Origin: Paramecium tetraurelia
Taxonomy: Eukaryota
Reading direction: 5' to 3'
DNA length: 64,000 nucleotides
NCBI GenBank assembly: GCA_000165425.1
Contig: CT868563.1
Span: 124,001 to 188,000 of the forward strand
Positions 26,061-39,698 of the stretch are shown piece after piece. Numbering within the stretch: position 1 is the stretch's first letter; every line of letters begins with the position of its first letter. A program made the translations under genes and the position numbers. A model generated the notes under the pieces. It saw only the letters and a list, made by a program, of their open reading frames with translations, had not been told where the DNA came from and did not search any database.

Positions 26061-28337
26061 ATGAGAGAAGGACAAAGGCTTAATCAGTCATTTTCTTATA
26101 GTCGATCAAGTCCTGATAAGAAGGGTTCAAGACACAATAAAATAGTTTCGGATTCTTATCGAAAGTTTCTTGCTACTTATTAATAGTTATCTATGTTAGG
26201 CAGTTAATATAAATATTCACATAGTACTCTTATGCCTTACATTTACTTCTTTAAATACATGGCTAAGAGATATGATGAGACAAATCAAAAATGCAAATTG
26301 AAAATGTGGATTCCAGATACCATTATATTAAATGATCTAGATTTAAGTGCAATATGGTTATACAGTAGTGTAGATGGTTACGTTTATAGAACTGATTCAT
26401 TTGCTAGTAGAAATGCAGCATAAAAATTTACAGAAGGAAGCAATGATCCAAATGAATTGATTGCAGTTGTAAAGAAACCGCACTACAAAGATATGGAATT
26501 AATTGGAAATGACACAAAACCAATTTTATAGAAGGATGTTCAACTGATATTTTCAAATGCCATGAGCGTAAAGTAAGAAATCACTTGTTTATAAAAATAT
26601 ATTAAATGCCAAGGTCCTATGGCATACATCTGTAGAACCATTTGGAGGAAAAATGGATAAACTACAGCTTGGGTTATAACCAACAAACTCACATTTCAAG
26701 ATGAAGGGGAGTATGCCTAAAGATGTCTAGCAAGTGCCAGCAAATATAAATAAGCCAATATAATTCAGTGCAAGGGCGGTCGTTTCATAGAAGAGACCGT
26801 CCCTTACATTTAAAATCTGTTACTCTATTGCAGATAGAGTATGAATGTGGAGTTTGATGAACTCGGCTGTGATTTTACAAAGGGATTAGATAACAAATGG
26901 TATTTACTTAATGTAAGAGGATTCAAACTGATGAATCCTTCTCATTAAATCTTTACTAGACATATTACTCACGATGAATAAATACCTGCAGATTTTGAGA
27001 GAAAGCAAGCTTCTCACTCCAATCAATAATGGAATTTTACCAAGACATAGGTTTGCAAGTTTTGTGAATTGATATACCCAGCCAAAGAATTAACTCATTA
27101 ATTAACTTTAAAAATGTTAATCGAGTGTGATTTGCATTTGTTAAGTAGAAATATTGAATTAAAACACTTATAAATTAGAAATAGAATAAACTTTACTCAT
27201 CTTGACAGTGCTATGTTATTTCATAAATATTATGTTTGTGACAGTTGCTACTAATTATTTATGGCATGTGATGAATTAATATAACTGGAGTTCAAGATGG
27301 CATAGAAATTAGGAATTGATGTGTATGAGAAAAACAACATTATTTCACTTACTTAATAGGACTATCGTGTTAAAGGACCCAATGTTATTCAGAGATAGGC
27401 TAACACTATATATGGAAATGGGGAATATTTTATCAAACCTCATGATTGGGAGATGTTAAATGAAGTATAAATAAAATTAATGCCAAATCTGCCTGAAATT
27501 AATTATGGAACCATTCCTAAGATGAAAAGATTTAGAATAATGGTCTACATCAAGTCAGTGTCTCAGATTCCAATTGAAGCCTAATTTAATTAATCTAAGT
27601 ATTACATTTATTACAGCTTTCTCAATTAAGAAATTAAGTAAATCTATTTATAATTATTTTAGATTTTAATTAGACATGAAAAAGAGCATCGATCACCAAA
27701 AGGATGTATTAAATGTTGACCATGCTAAATTGTTTTATCTTTTTGCAGCCGATAGACAAGACATTAATTGCATTTTATCACATTTGAAAATTGGTCTATT
27801 ATGCAATCAAGAGATCATAGGAGAATTGGAATGTGAGTTAGGGGATTTCAAAAGCTCTTAGGTTACAATTAAAGAATATTTAAAATATTTTTCAGGAATC
27901 CAAATTAAATAAATTTTATCATGGTCAACTGATTTGAGCATTGGATTAGTTGAAAGCTAATAAGGAAGCATAAATGTAGAAAGAATTAAACTATAAAAAT
28001 ATGGAATAATCTATTTGCCAAATATTGATTATTATTGTAGTGAACCATTACCTTAAGAATGGATGAATTAATTTGAAAAAAGGAGAAAGAATAACATTAA
28101 TCATATTGGTAATAATAGTACAAGTTTTGCAATATCCGATGTTTCCAACATCTTAGATCATTCAAGAGCCCAATAAACCAAATATCCATCAAGAAAAAGT
28201 TGCACTGCAGCAACTACTGTCCCAAACAAATTAGATTAATCTTCAGTTTTATATTCTGAACTCTTAGAATATTAAAAAGAGTATTATTTTATAATAAATA
28301 TAATAGCACAGAGAAAATACTTAATTTTGATTATTGA
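26061..28337 (+). CDS. Uncharacterised protein: ATP-grasp-like N-terminal region, split CxxC/CxxC motif, C2-like C-terminal region
   Basis: WIPDTIIL, LQKYIKCQG..YICRTIW, EFDELGCDF.....WYLLNV, VCKFC...VCDSC and FRIMVYIKSV...YYIYYSFL; short introns. The fold calls are inference. Confidence 0.65.
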
Positions 28338-28972
28338 CCAACATTGTATGAATTATTTAATATTTATAATAAAATCACTTGAAATCAAACTGATTTAACT
28401 TTATAATAAATTTAATGTTTCTTGAGTCATTTCTTTTGAAATTTAATTTATTAATTTAAATAAATACCAATAGCTAATTTATTAAATTCTTGATAAATCT
28501 CCAAATTTTTATTTAAATAATTTAGACATAAACCTGTAAATTTAAATCAATAATTGATCTTTTAAAAATGATTTTAAGATCCACTTTAAATTAGAAATAT
28601 TTAAAATATTGTGCTAATATAATGAATGCTAGTCAAGAGAAACTTATTTAGGTAATGCTTATCCTAATAACAAGAATTTTGATTTATTCATCTAAAAAAT
28701 ATATGTGTTTGATAGCCTAAACTTACAAATAGTTGATAAAAGGTTTTTTTTAATTTTAGGTTTTGCAGAATTTTGTGAATACTTATTTGATTTAATCTAA
28801 AGTAAAATCAATTAAGTAATAATCTGATGATAAATCAAAAAAGTGGATTCGTAGTATTTACATAAATTCTTTACAAATCTGGCTTAGAAATGAATGGATA
28901 ATAAAAAATAAACAAAATTAATACTTTATGAATTAGAGAGATTAAAAGATTAATATTATTATTTATTTATTG

Positions 28973-29800
28973 ATGCAAAGAAAAAGACGCTGTGCTTTCG
29001 ATTCAGATAATTTGGAAGAATATATTTAAGTAACAAATAATTCAAAAATGAGCTGGCAACTATTGGATAGAATTAAACCAACCTATTCTATGATGATAAA
29101 AAATTAAACTGGTTAAACAAGAGTAAATAAGTGGATGATGATGAGGAAGTACTCAAGGATATCGAAGGATTTGAACATAACTATAGCTCCCCACAGGTGG
29201 ATTATATTGACACTTAAGAATTACCTCCTGATATAGTTTTGAAATCAGGAGATGATATATTTAGTCATTATATTATGATTTTGGGAGACATCAACGAATA
29301 TGTGAAGCAATCATTAACCTTGTTTTGCATGTAGAGTCGTAAAAATAGTAGTGAGGATTTCAATGAAGAGTTGATATCTCCAATTAAAAGGTACTAATTA
29401 ATATTTCACACACTCAGCAAGCTTTGTTTAGATTTAGCCGTAAAGAGGATTCAAGAAAAAAATGGAGTGCACATTGTCAAGTTTCTTATGCATGATATGA
29501 CGATCTAAAATTATGGTCCAATCATTAATGGTATGTCCATTTCAAGATCATAGTTTACTTTCTCTAAACTTCCAATTACATACTAATAATTAATATCGAT
29601 TAGAATAACTTCTAAGCTCAGAAGGAACAAGATATGATAGAAACTGTTAAATAGAAGGCTTCAACTGTTAAGAATGTCTACGTTTTATATTTTACGGAAT
29701 CTGACATCCAGGATCAAAGAATACCTAACCAATATTATTGCAATCGATGGAATATAAGTGTGATTCTTTCATAAGTATACTATATAAATTAAAACTAAGA
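28973..29800 (+). pseudogene. Frameshifted gene, possibly a divergent small-GTPase-like remnant
   Basis: MQRKRRCAFDSDNLEEYI is out of frame with the downstream DDDEEVLKDIEG...HYIMILGD...LDLAVKRI..HIVKFLMHD. A second shift lies near 29560; two canonical introns are retained. Confidence 0.4.
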
Positions 29801-29903
29801 TCATAGACCAAGTCATTAATTAATGAACAAAATACTTTATAATTTATGTATTAATACATTCCTTTTTAATTGTTTTTTTTATCTTTTTATATTAAAATTC
29901 AAA

Positions 29904-30637
29904 ATGCAAACAGCTGATCCCAAGACTTACAAGCCACTCAAGCAAATTGATAAAAACTAGAGAGGATATGGATTAAAATAAATTGCCTAAATGACTCTTG
30001 GTTCAGGCAATATGTTGTTGGCAGTTGAATTACCAAATGGGGAAGACTTAAATGAATGGTTGGCTGTCAACACAATCGAATTTTATAATGAGATTTCAAT
30101 TCTATATGGTACACTCGTAGAATTCTGCACTCCTGAACTGTGTCCAATCATGTCAGCTGGCCCCAAGTAATTTTTGAATTCATTATTTCAAGATATGAAT
30201 ATCTGTGGGCAGATGGATAGAATGTTAAAACTCCTCTCAAAGTCTCTGCTTCGGAATACATCGATTATTTAATGACTTGGGTGGAGAACTAACTCAATAA
30301 TGATTCTTTGTTCCCATGTTAAATTGGTAATTTAAACATTTTATTAAGGAATTCCCTTTCCAAAAACATTCTTATCTGTCGTTAAGGTTATTTTTAAGAG
30401 ATTGTTTAGAGTTTATGCACATATTTATCACTCCCACTTTCAGCATATTATGGCACTTGAATTGGAATACCATTTGAATACTTGTTTCAAGCATTTCATA
30501 TATTTCATTGGTATTGATATCCATAGAATCTAGATGAATTCAAACTAGTTGAAGATAAGGAACTCGCTCCTTTGGCAGAGCTGATTCAGTAATTCAAAGC
30601 AAGAAAGGAAAATCCAACCATGAATTAGGGTGTGTGA
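29904..30637 (+). CDS. MOB1: MOB1 kinase activator
   Basis: TLGSGN..AVELPNGEDLNEWLAVNT.EFYN..CPIMSAGPKYEYLWADG, KRLFRVYAHIYHSHF and HLNTCFKHF; 3 introns. Confidence 0.95.
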
Positions 30638-31688
30638 AAGTTAATGCACTTAATTAAAGTATATATATTTTTTTAATAATGCGTAATAATTACCAATCAT
30701 AACAATAATTATAAATATAAACAAACATAACAAGTCTTGATGTTGAAAGTATTTCGAAATTGTATCCTTTTTAAATACAATTTAAGTAGATCTTTTGCTT
30801 TTCGTTTTTGTGTAAATTTGGATCTCGAATGTTGTATTTATCATTCAAGTAGTTAGGGATCATTTATAGGCATTAAATCTCGCAATTACTCACATGATAC
30901 ATTATATTACTTAACCAACTTTCCTAAGATTATGCCAATAGAACATTTTACACAGATCATTTGTTAGAAATTAGCTGTTCAGAAATAAATGACTAGATTA
31001 TTTGTGGTCTTATGTCCTATAAACTCTTTTTACTATTCTAAACTTAAACTTGTAAGAGTATTCTGTAACATTTCAACAGCAATTTCATATTAGTTATACC
31101 AAAATGTATTCAGCACCAAGGATAAGTAGGAGGATATAAAGTTGCTGGAAATTTCGCTCATACAGTATTAACATCAAAGAATTCTAAAAATAGGTTTTAA
31201 TTAAAATCTATAGATGCTACGCCAAGGATTAGTGTAAGAAATGGGACTTTATAATGAGAGATCTTATTTTGATTAAAAAATTGATTTCAATTAAAAGGAT
31301 AGGTAAATTTAAAGTGATAGAACAGAAAAGATATAAATATATAAGTAGATATTGAGTCTATAGGAAGGGTAATATGAATTACAATTATTAGGATACTAAT
31401 GTTGAAGTATTCAAGATTTCAATAATTATTATATTAAAAGATAGGATCATAATTAGGTTATCTCTATTTGACTTTTAAAAATTTTAATTTACAATTTTCT
31501 AATTCAAATTTAATAGTTTGTTTTTTTTATTTTATTTGAATTAATCAAAATCTACTCAAGATCATTTAACTAAATAATAATTATATCTCATAAAATAAAT
31601 ACAATATTGCATTTTTAAATGATTAAAATTCAATATTTTTTTAGATTATTAAATAAATACAATCATAATCTTCTTGCAATAATTATCA

Positions 31689-33483
31689 TCAACCTAATTT
31701 CTTCAGTTGATCTCTGATTTAATTAGCTTTTTTCAAATTCATTTACAATTATGATTTGTATTAACTTTAAGGTGGATAAAGAGATTAATTAGGAGGTTGT
31801 CGAAAAGTTATTTATTAAAGTGCACTAAATTATAATTATCTTGATGTTTCCTTTTTCGAATCAGGAGAGCTTAAAATTGAACAATCAGAATCTGATTATT
31901 ATTACTATATATTAGGAGAACGAAATAACTAATTTGAATCGTTAATACTTGATTTCTCCAATAACCAACTATCAGAAGATGCTTTAATAGGATCATATTC
32001 TCTTACACCTAAAAAGGGTGTTTATTAAATCAATTCATTTTAATTGCATTTTAATATCCTAGACCTTAAATCACACTGTCCAAACTTTTTCATATTGTCT
32101 AAGATACTAAATTTCTCATTAGAGCCATCATTATTTAACTTAATGTCATCAGCATGATTAGATTCTCGCTTGTATAAGTGAGATATAAATGGATGAGAAA
32201 GTGCTTCTAATGATGAAATTCTACATTCTGGATTAGGTTCTAAAGATTTCTTTAATAAATCTAAGGCATCCTCAGAGACTTTAAGATCCTTAAAATTAAT
32301 TTAACAATCTCTGTTTTTTTCCATTATTTCATCAAGACTATTTCCAAAAAAGGGTGCTTATCCAGAAAGTCTAATATGATTTAAAGGTATACAAAATGTA
32401 AAGGATGATTCCTGCACTGAAGACATCAACTTTTTCATTATATTTTTTATCTTCGAAAATTTCAGGAGCAACATACCCAGGAGTTCCACATCTAGCGATA
32501 ATAAGATCAGCTTCAGTGTAGGATGCTAAACCAAAATCTGCAATTTTTATCTCAAAATTCTCAGATTTATCTTTTAGTAGTATATTCTCAGGTTTAATAT
32601 CTCGATGCATGATATTCTTATTTAATCAATGAATAATAGTACTTTGGTATGCAAATATTCTAGAGCATCGAATATCTTGAACATTATCAGAGCCACTTTG
32701 GACTCTTGAAAGGATTGAGTTTCTAGAATGAGATCGAATAATTCTCCTCCTTCGAGCAATTCCATGACTAAATAAATGTAATCACCACTTTCATAGATTT
32801 CATATAATTTAATAATGTTGGGATGATCACAAGAACGCAACAAATCGATTTCATTAAGTAGTCCTTACTTTTGATATCAGTTATATTTTTACTCTTTATT
32901 TATTATTTTTATCCAATAACGCTGATTTTTAGAAGGTTTTAACAGCGTATTTACTTTAATTTACTTTTCTTTATGCTAAGAGAACCTTATTTATTCATAC
33001 ACTTACCTTTGCATATGTTCCTTTCCCAATTACTTTAAGGTTCAGAAAAATATCTCTATAATTATTAAGAATGCACGTCTTTATGAAATGTTCAATCCAT
33101 TTTTATTTTTATTCTTATGATTTTGCCCTAAAGTAGTACTTTTTAGACCCTGAGAATAGTACAATAGAATGACCATCCTTTTCTACAATATTTTATGAAC
33201 TTAGATCTAAATACACATTAGTTAGAAACAAGGCAGCTGTTTCTTTCTATTCTCTGCAGTTCTAGAATTATGATATTGGGCAAATTACCTTGTAAATGTT
33301 AAGTCTATCGGAGAATAACTTAAAAAACTTTGGTTTATATAAATCATGTTTCTTGCTCTTTATAAATAAAGTTCCTTCAAATAATCTAATTGTTGAGATT
33401 GGACGTTTTATTGAATGTATTTTCACCCATTAATTCTTTCTGTTAGTAATAGCTGAATCAAAAAAATATTATTCCGTTTACAT
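31689..33483 (-). CDS. PH-domain CAMK-family Ser/Thr kinase
   Basis: N-terminal PH-like region (FEGTLFIKSKKHDLYKPKFFKLF...WIEHF), IGKGTYAK, HPNIIKLYE, HRDIKPEN, DFG and CGTPGYVAPE. Confidence 0.92.
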
Positions 33484-33628
33484 AAATATAGAATTTATTA
33501 TTAATATTGGTTGGTCGATGTAGAAATTAAATATGAATTTAAATAATACTAAACTCAAAAAATTGACTCATTATTTAATTCAACAAAGAACTATGAGAAT
33601 GTTTTTTGTATATATTTATTATTAAATA

Positions 33629-34540
33629 ATGATGTATTCCAAAGCTGGTAAAATTTCTATTGAGCTCTACCCTTGGATACAATAAAGAGATGCAATAATA
33701 AATGGGGACAAAAAAAAAACTTATGAAATTTCAATTTTTGATGATATTCCTCATAGTAAACGACCCTATAAAAGTGTCAAACAAAATCCAAAATTATCAC
33801 CAAAAGAAAACTCTCAGCCAAAAATTTAACCATTTTCTAAATAGGTTGGAAGGGTTGAATCTAAAAAGGAGTTAGACAGATAAGGATTTTATAATCCCAA
33901 ATATCATTTAGTAAAGAGAAGGTCACCTCTTACTGATGATCCTGATCATTTTAAATAAATAAATAGCGATCGATCTTTGTCTCCGAAAACTATTAAAAGA
34001 ACCATTAAAATTTAGAAACCATCCTTAAAACATAATTGTGAAACTAGCAAGTCATATATAGACAAAAAGAAGCAGGAAGAAATAAGAAAGCAAAGAGCCC
34101 AAGATTATCAACCAGATCTAAATAGATTCCCTTTGTCAGATGGACCTAATGAACATAGATTTGAATACTAAGAATACCCTTAATCATAGTATAGTAGATC
34201 TCCAAATCCAATAATTAGACCGCGATCTAGTTCTTCTAAAATGAAGTTTAAAGAGGTAAGAATATCATTTGTTAAATAGTAGTAAAAGAATGGTTAAATT
34301 TATGATGTTGATTATACAGTAGTCTATCCTAAATCTGATAAGATGATACCTGTCTTAGACAAATTGACACCAAGACAACCGTTCAATAGTGATAAACCCG
34401 TTTATACATATCACGAAACCCTTTCTGATGATACTCCGAAGAAAAGAAGTAGTCCCTAATCATTTAAGCTGGATTAGTAGATTTCTAGAGAGAAAGCCAT
34501 TAGTTACTATTCCTCTATAAGAAGACTTTATTATTTATGA
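33629..34540 (+). CDS. Hypothetical basic Pro-rich protein, possibly microtubule/cilium-associated
   Basis: Code-6 ORF with one intron; repeated F.KQ..R and G.Y.P/V.Y motifs (FSKQVGR..GFYNPKYHLV; GQIYDVDYTVVYP..LDKLTPR). Confidence 0.6.
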
Positions 34541-34567
34541 TTATTTTGCTATTATTATTAATATAAA

Positions 34568-35337
34568 ATGTCGTATCCCTTTGGTAATTAATTTTAAGCA
34601 GGGATGCCTAATGCCAAATACAAAACAACCCTTTGCAGACACTATCAAGGTACTACCAATTAGATTATTAGCTACGAGACAATGTGCCATAGGAGCCAAA
34701 TGCCAATTCGCTCATGGACATGAGGAAATGAGATCCATAAATGGTATTAATGAATTTCATAACCAATAAGATCCAATTCCGTCTGCTCTTATCGCAGTTT
34801 TAGCAGTCCCTCCTCCTTTTTAGGAAATTATGAAACCTATGATGCCTTAGTAACCTGCTTTTAAAAGTATGAAATATCTTTGAGGTTAGTCCCATGCAAA
34901 TATCATGCTTAAAATTATTGCAAAAATGGATAAAATTGCCAGTATTCTCATGGTATTCAAATTTAATATAACGAGATGTCGATATTTAACAACCAATGAT
35001 TCCCAATATTATTAACCCTTATTAACCATAATACCCTTAAGTTGAAATTAGATAAGAAATTAAGCAGGAAGATCCAATGACTACTGTATTTATCATTATA
35101 TTATAAACCATGGAATAAATATTTTCGAAAGATGTTAATTATTATAAAATATTTAAGGATATCATATAAAAATTAAAAATTGCCTAAGATCAAGTGAAAT
35201 GCGGTAATTTGACAGTTGGTTCAGAATGCATTAAAGCCATTATGACAGATCCAGAGAGAACAGACGATGAGATAGAATAGTATACTACTATATATAAGAA
35301 TGCATGTTATTATTATCATCAATTGTAATAAGGTTGA
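34568..35337 (+). CDS. CCCH zinc-finger protein
   Basis: KYKTTLCRHYQ/ATRQCAIGAKCQFAHG and PCKYHAQNYCKNGQNCQYSH; several short introns. Confidence 0.9.
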
Positions 35338-35938
35338 AAAATTTGTTGTTTAAATATAAAAAATATATATAAATATATAGAATCGACCCATTTTTTTTAA
35401 ATAATATTTATTTTTTAAAATTTAACTTTGTTTAACGTAATTTAAAAACTAAAGATCCAAATTTTACATTATAATGATATATTTATTTTGTGTGATTATT
35501 TTTCAAATTTATTCATTTTAATATATTTAAATAGCATTAATAATTAAAATTCGTTATATAATTTGATTCTTAGTACCGTTGAGTAACCCCAAAATTCCTT
35601 AATAATATCCTTCTCCTAATTCAATATACTATAAAAAGTGTTAGTACATTAAACTATATGCTTTTTCATAAAATACTATATGTATTTTATGTTTATTAAT
35701 ATATTTTTGATAGAATTTGTATTTTTTTCTTTTAGTAGTATTTATAGATGATTTTTTAAAACAATATTGAGAACTTTGATTTCTATAATGAAATAATATA
35801 TAATTAGATACTGTTTATTGTATTCATAAAATTTAAATTTATACGTTTAAATCAGTTTTATTTAATTTTGATCAATAGTGGATTATCAATAACAATTGAA
35901 AATTAATGATATTATGTTAATACTATATAAAGTTATAA

Positions 35939-36727
35939 TCAAAGTTAAAGTAATTGATTTATTTCCTATTCGGCCTTACTTAATAAATCTAATATATTGT
36001 TTTTAGTATATGGCAATTCCTCATCTATTAGACATTGTATTTCTTAATCAGTTTTATTTTGAAAAGTTGTTGAGGCCAATATATTTTCCATAGGTAATTT
36101 GACACTTTCATATCTTGATTGTGGTTCTTTTTATTATTCTTCTGGGATGGCTTGGAGTTAAGACAAAGTATGTCGTTCTTGAAATGAAACTTCATGATAA
36201 TTTAATGTGATTTACTAAACTTTTAGTTGATCATTTAATTGTTCAATCATATTCTGTTATTATTTATATTACTCCTTATGAATGTTGATTTCATCAAGTA
36301 ACTATTAATTCATATTACTTAGTTTAATAATGAGTTGTGTTTATTCTTCATACAATTCTTTTAATTTTAGATGATCCTAATTTTATTGTTTTATAGTTTT
36401 GTTTTATGTTTCAATTCTATTTTTTTATTACACATTCTCAAATTTCAGTTAATCAATTTGATTATATAATTATTTGACTAATTGAATAGATTTAGTATCA
36501 AGAAGGTTCTCATTTGATACAGTGGTAATGGTCGATTATTGAGAGAAGTAATTATTTAATTGATTAGTTTTTTGTTAATGAATAGGTGATTTAGAATTAT
36601 TTCTACTTTAAAGTTGCAAAACTTGTTTCAAATTTGAAATGTTCTATTCCGCTATTTGTAATTTCGCTTTAAGAAGCTGTGTTTCTTTAATAAGATCCTG
36701 TACTAGATCTTATTTTTTGATATTCAT
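35939..36727 (-). CDS. Hypothetical coiled-coil protein
   Basis: Code-6 ORF MNIKKQDLVQDLIKETQLLKAKLQIAEQ...AEQEINQLLQL-TGA; length divisible by 3. Confidence 0.65.
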
Positions 36728-36752
36728 TTTAATAAATAAATATATATTCAAA
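36728..36752. promoter_or_regulatory. 25-bp divergent intergenic spacer (candidate bidirectional promoter)
   Basis: Lies between ATG 36727 (-) and ATG 36753 (+); almost pure A/T. Confidence 0.5.
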
Positions 36753-38251
36753 ATGAATGAAATAGAACAATAAGAAGCATCACATTATTCAACAATAAAT
36801 GAACTAAAATCTGAAATATAAGTTGTGTCTCAGAAGGAAGACCATTCTATAATAAGGTCAGACAGTATACTGAATTTTGATGATACCTTAACTTAAATAG
36901 GGTTTGGAAGATTTTAAATAATGTAATATTTGGTATCAATAACTTTGGGGGTGATGGAAGGAGCACAAATCACCATTTTCACACTAATGGTACCAATTTT
37001 AAAAAAAGAATGGGATATATCGGAATCTATAGTGTCTTTATAAACAAGTTTTATATTCATAGGATTTCTAGTGGGATCTATGCTATCAGGTCAATTTACT
37101 GATAGATATGGAAGGAAGTTACCATTTATTTTTAGTTCATTGTTTACAGTTCTGATTTGCTTTGCCACAATTCTTTGTACAAATGTATATCAGTTACTGA
37201 TAATGAGAGGACTAATGGGTATTTTTGTAGGTTTCTTTGCTCCATGTTGTGTAACTTTGTTATAAGAAATCACCCCAAACAATTTAAGAGGTTAAATGAC
37301 AGGATCTGTAACATTAAGTGTTGCAATAGGACAATTGTACGGTTTTTTCACGGCTTCATTAATCTTAGATGGAATAAATGGAAGTTGGAGATGGTTAACC
37401 TTTTTAGGTTCATTGCCAGGATTGGTTGCCTTGATATTGTCTCTAATTTACATTTAAGAATCTCCTAGATACTTACTATTAGAAGGCAAATATTATGAGG
37501 CCTTCCAAACTATAAAATTGATGATACAAACCAATAAAACTACAGAGTTTAATTTATCTATTGAGAACGAACATAAATTGGTGATATGGTCATTATACAT
37601 GAACAGTATTGCGAAAAAAACAGAACATGCTTCCTTTAAAAGTATGCTCAATGGAGACAGATTATACGTATCATTAGTCTTGTGGAGTATTTGGTTTTTA
37701 CTATGCTTTGCTTATTATGGAAATTTGATGACCATGCCTTAAATACTCTATTAACTAAAAGACGATTAATCATAGTTGTAATAACTAGTATATGCTTGTC
37801 TAAGTGATATTCTAGGTGCAATTTTGGCTACGTTAATTATCGATATCAAAGGACTGGGTAGAAAGAACTCATTAATACTTGGGTTTCTAATAGCATCTGT
37901 ATTTGCCTTCTTGTAACTTTATTATTATGAACACCATTTTGCTATTTTAGCAATTTTACAAAAATTGTTTCTCTCCATGAACTACATCTTCTGGTATTAT
38001 ATTCATTTTAAATTAGTTATCAATTAACCACTGAGCTTTATCCTACCAAATTAAGAACTACAGGATTAGGCACAGCAGTAGCTATTGGAAGACTGGGTGT
38101 CATTTTGATGCCATGGTCGTGTATGATTATTTCCTAATATTCAATCATCGCTCCATTTCTTCTATTTTCCATAGCTTCCTTTTTAGGGAGTATTTTTACT
38201 TGTTTTATTCCTTTTGACACATTAGGGAAGAGCTTAGATAACAATAATTGA
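36753..38251 (+). CDS. MFS transporter (SV2/SVOP/organic-cation-like)
   Basis: IGFGRFQ, motif A GQFTDRYGRK, EITP..LRG, WRW, ESPRY, GLGRK, TELYPTKLRTTGLG and PFDTLGKSLD. Confidence 0.92.
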
Positions 38252-38296
38252 TTAATTAATCTATCAATAATTATATTTTATATATATACGATTAAA

Positions 38297-39413
38297 TCAT
38301 AGTTATTATCTTTAAGAGTACTAAGATCCTCTATTCAATCTATTAGTTGTATCCACTGATTAAATCATGTTGTTGCTGGTCTTACTATTACTTTTTGTAA
38401 TATTGACTTCCTTAATTTAAGTAATTTATCTCTTTTTTAATGCTTCGAGTGATGTTTCTGCCATTATTAACTTTTCACTGAGTTCTGAAGCCTCCTCATT
38501 CTTTTCCTTAAATTTCCTTCTCCAAACATCAACTTCTCCTTGTAAAGAGATAACAGTTGTTTCAACTCTTGAATAGTTTTCTTAGACCATTTATAATTCT
38601 GAGATTTAATCATTTAATTAATCTATCCAATTTTCTTTTTCATTTAAAATATTTCTTAATTTCATTATCTCTGCATCCTTATTACTTAAATGTTTTTAGA
38701 ATTCTTTATTGTCCATTTCAAATTGTTGAATTGACTTTTTCAATTATCTAATTTCTTCGTTGTTGCCATTCTTATTCTGTAATTATTTTTATAATAAAGT
38801 AAAACTTTCCCTTGATTCAAATAATTCTTATTTTAATCGTTAAATTTCATTCTTTAACCCATCCTCTTAAACTTCAAAATTCTTAACCATATGTTCCAAT
38901 TCATTAATTCTGGTCATATAATCCATAGACTTAAGATTTTGTTCACTAATCCTCAATCTTTGGTTCTCGATCTATAATCTGTTGATCAACTATTCCAATT
39001 GCAATAATTTCTATTTATATCTATTTTCCATATCCGATACAGAGACCACTAGCAAAGGTTTCTCAATCCGTTGTACATCGTTTTGATCTTAAGTTTATTG
39101 AGTTCTTTCTGTTGACAATTAAATTACTTTAATGGGGGACACAGATTATTGCTAACAAGAAGATTGCATTTTGGAAATAAATTAAGTGTTATTTCTCTCT
39201 GTTGATGGAGTTCTATTATTCTGATTATTCATACATAGCTGAATGAGTAGATTAAGTTTAGACTCTTTATATCGAATACGCAGGCAAATAATTATGCGCT
39301 TGACTGTTCATTAGTGGGACCTATCTCACATAGGGAGATGAAGCCTAGCTATTTCTAGGGATATATTGGCTGCCTTTAGATCGCATAAGTCGTTCGACCT
39401 AGTCTGTTTACAT
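38297..39413 (-). CDS. Hypothetical protein, low-complexity N-terminus plus long coiled-coil
   Basis: Code-6 ORF starting MQTDQVERLMRSK with an E/K/Q heptad-rich C-terminal half (EVDVWRRKFKE). Confidence 0.65.
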
Positions 39414-39698
39414 ATATAATTATAGTATTATATGAGTTAAAAATGTAATTGTTTATAAGATAACATATTACTCACTCTTTGAAATCATTTAATAATGTTG
39501 ATAGTAGATCTTTATAATCTATTGTATTACAAATGGAGATATCAATATAACATGATATATAAACTATAAATAAACTGTTTCATTTATTATAATGGATTGC
39601 CCAGTTGTATTTTTATAAATATCTAAATTTTATTAGGATCCCGCAATTAGTTTTTATAAAATTAGAGATTCATTTTGATTTTCTTTGCAATAATTTTA

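Noticed and set aside
30800..31410. TGA-free stretch on the + strand after MOB1
   Set aside because: Long open frames arise easily with a single stop codon. It has no motif or clear gene structure and is at most a remnant.
35340..35938. Long AT-rich intergenic region checked for tRNA, snoRNA, IES or telomere
   Set aside because: No cloverleaf, C/D box pair, telomeric repeat or convincing TA-bounded inverted ends could be supported by eye.
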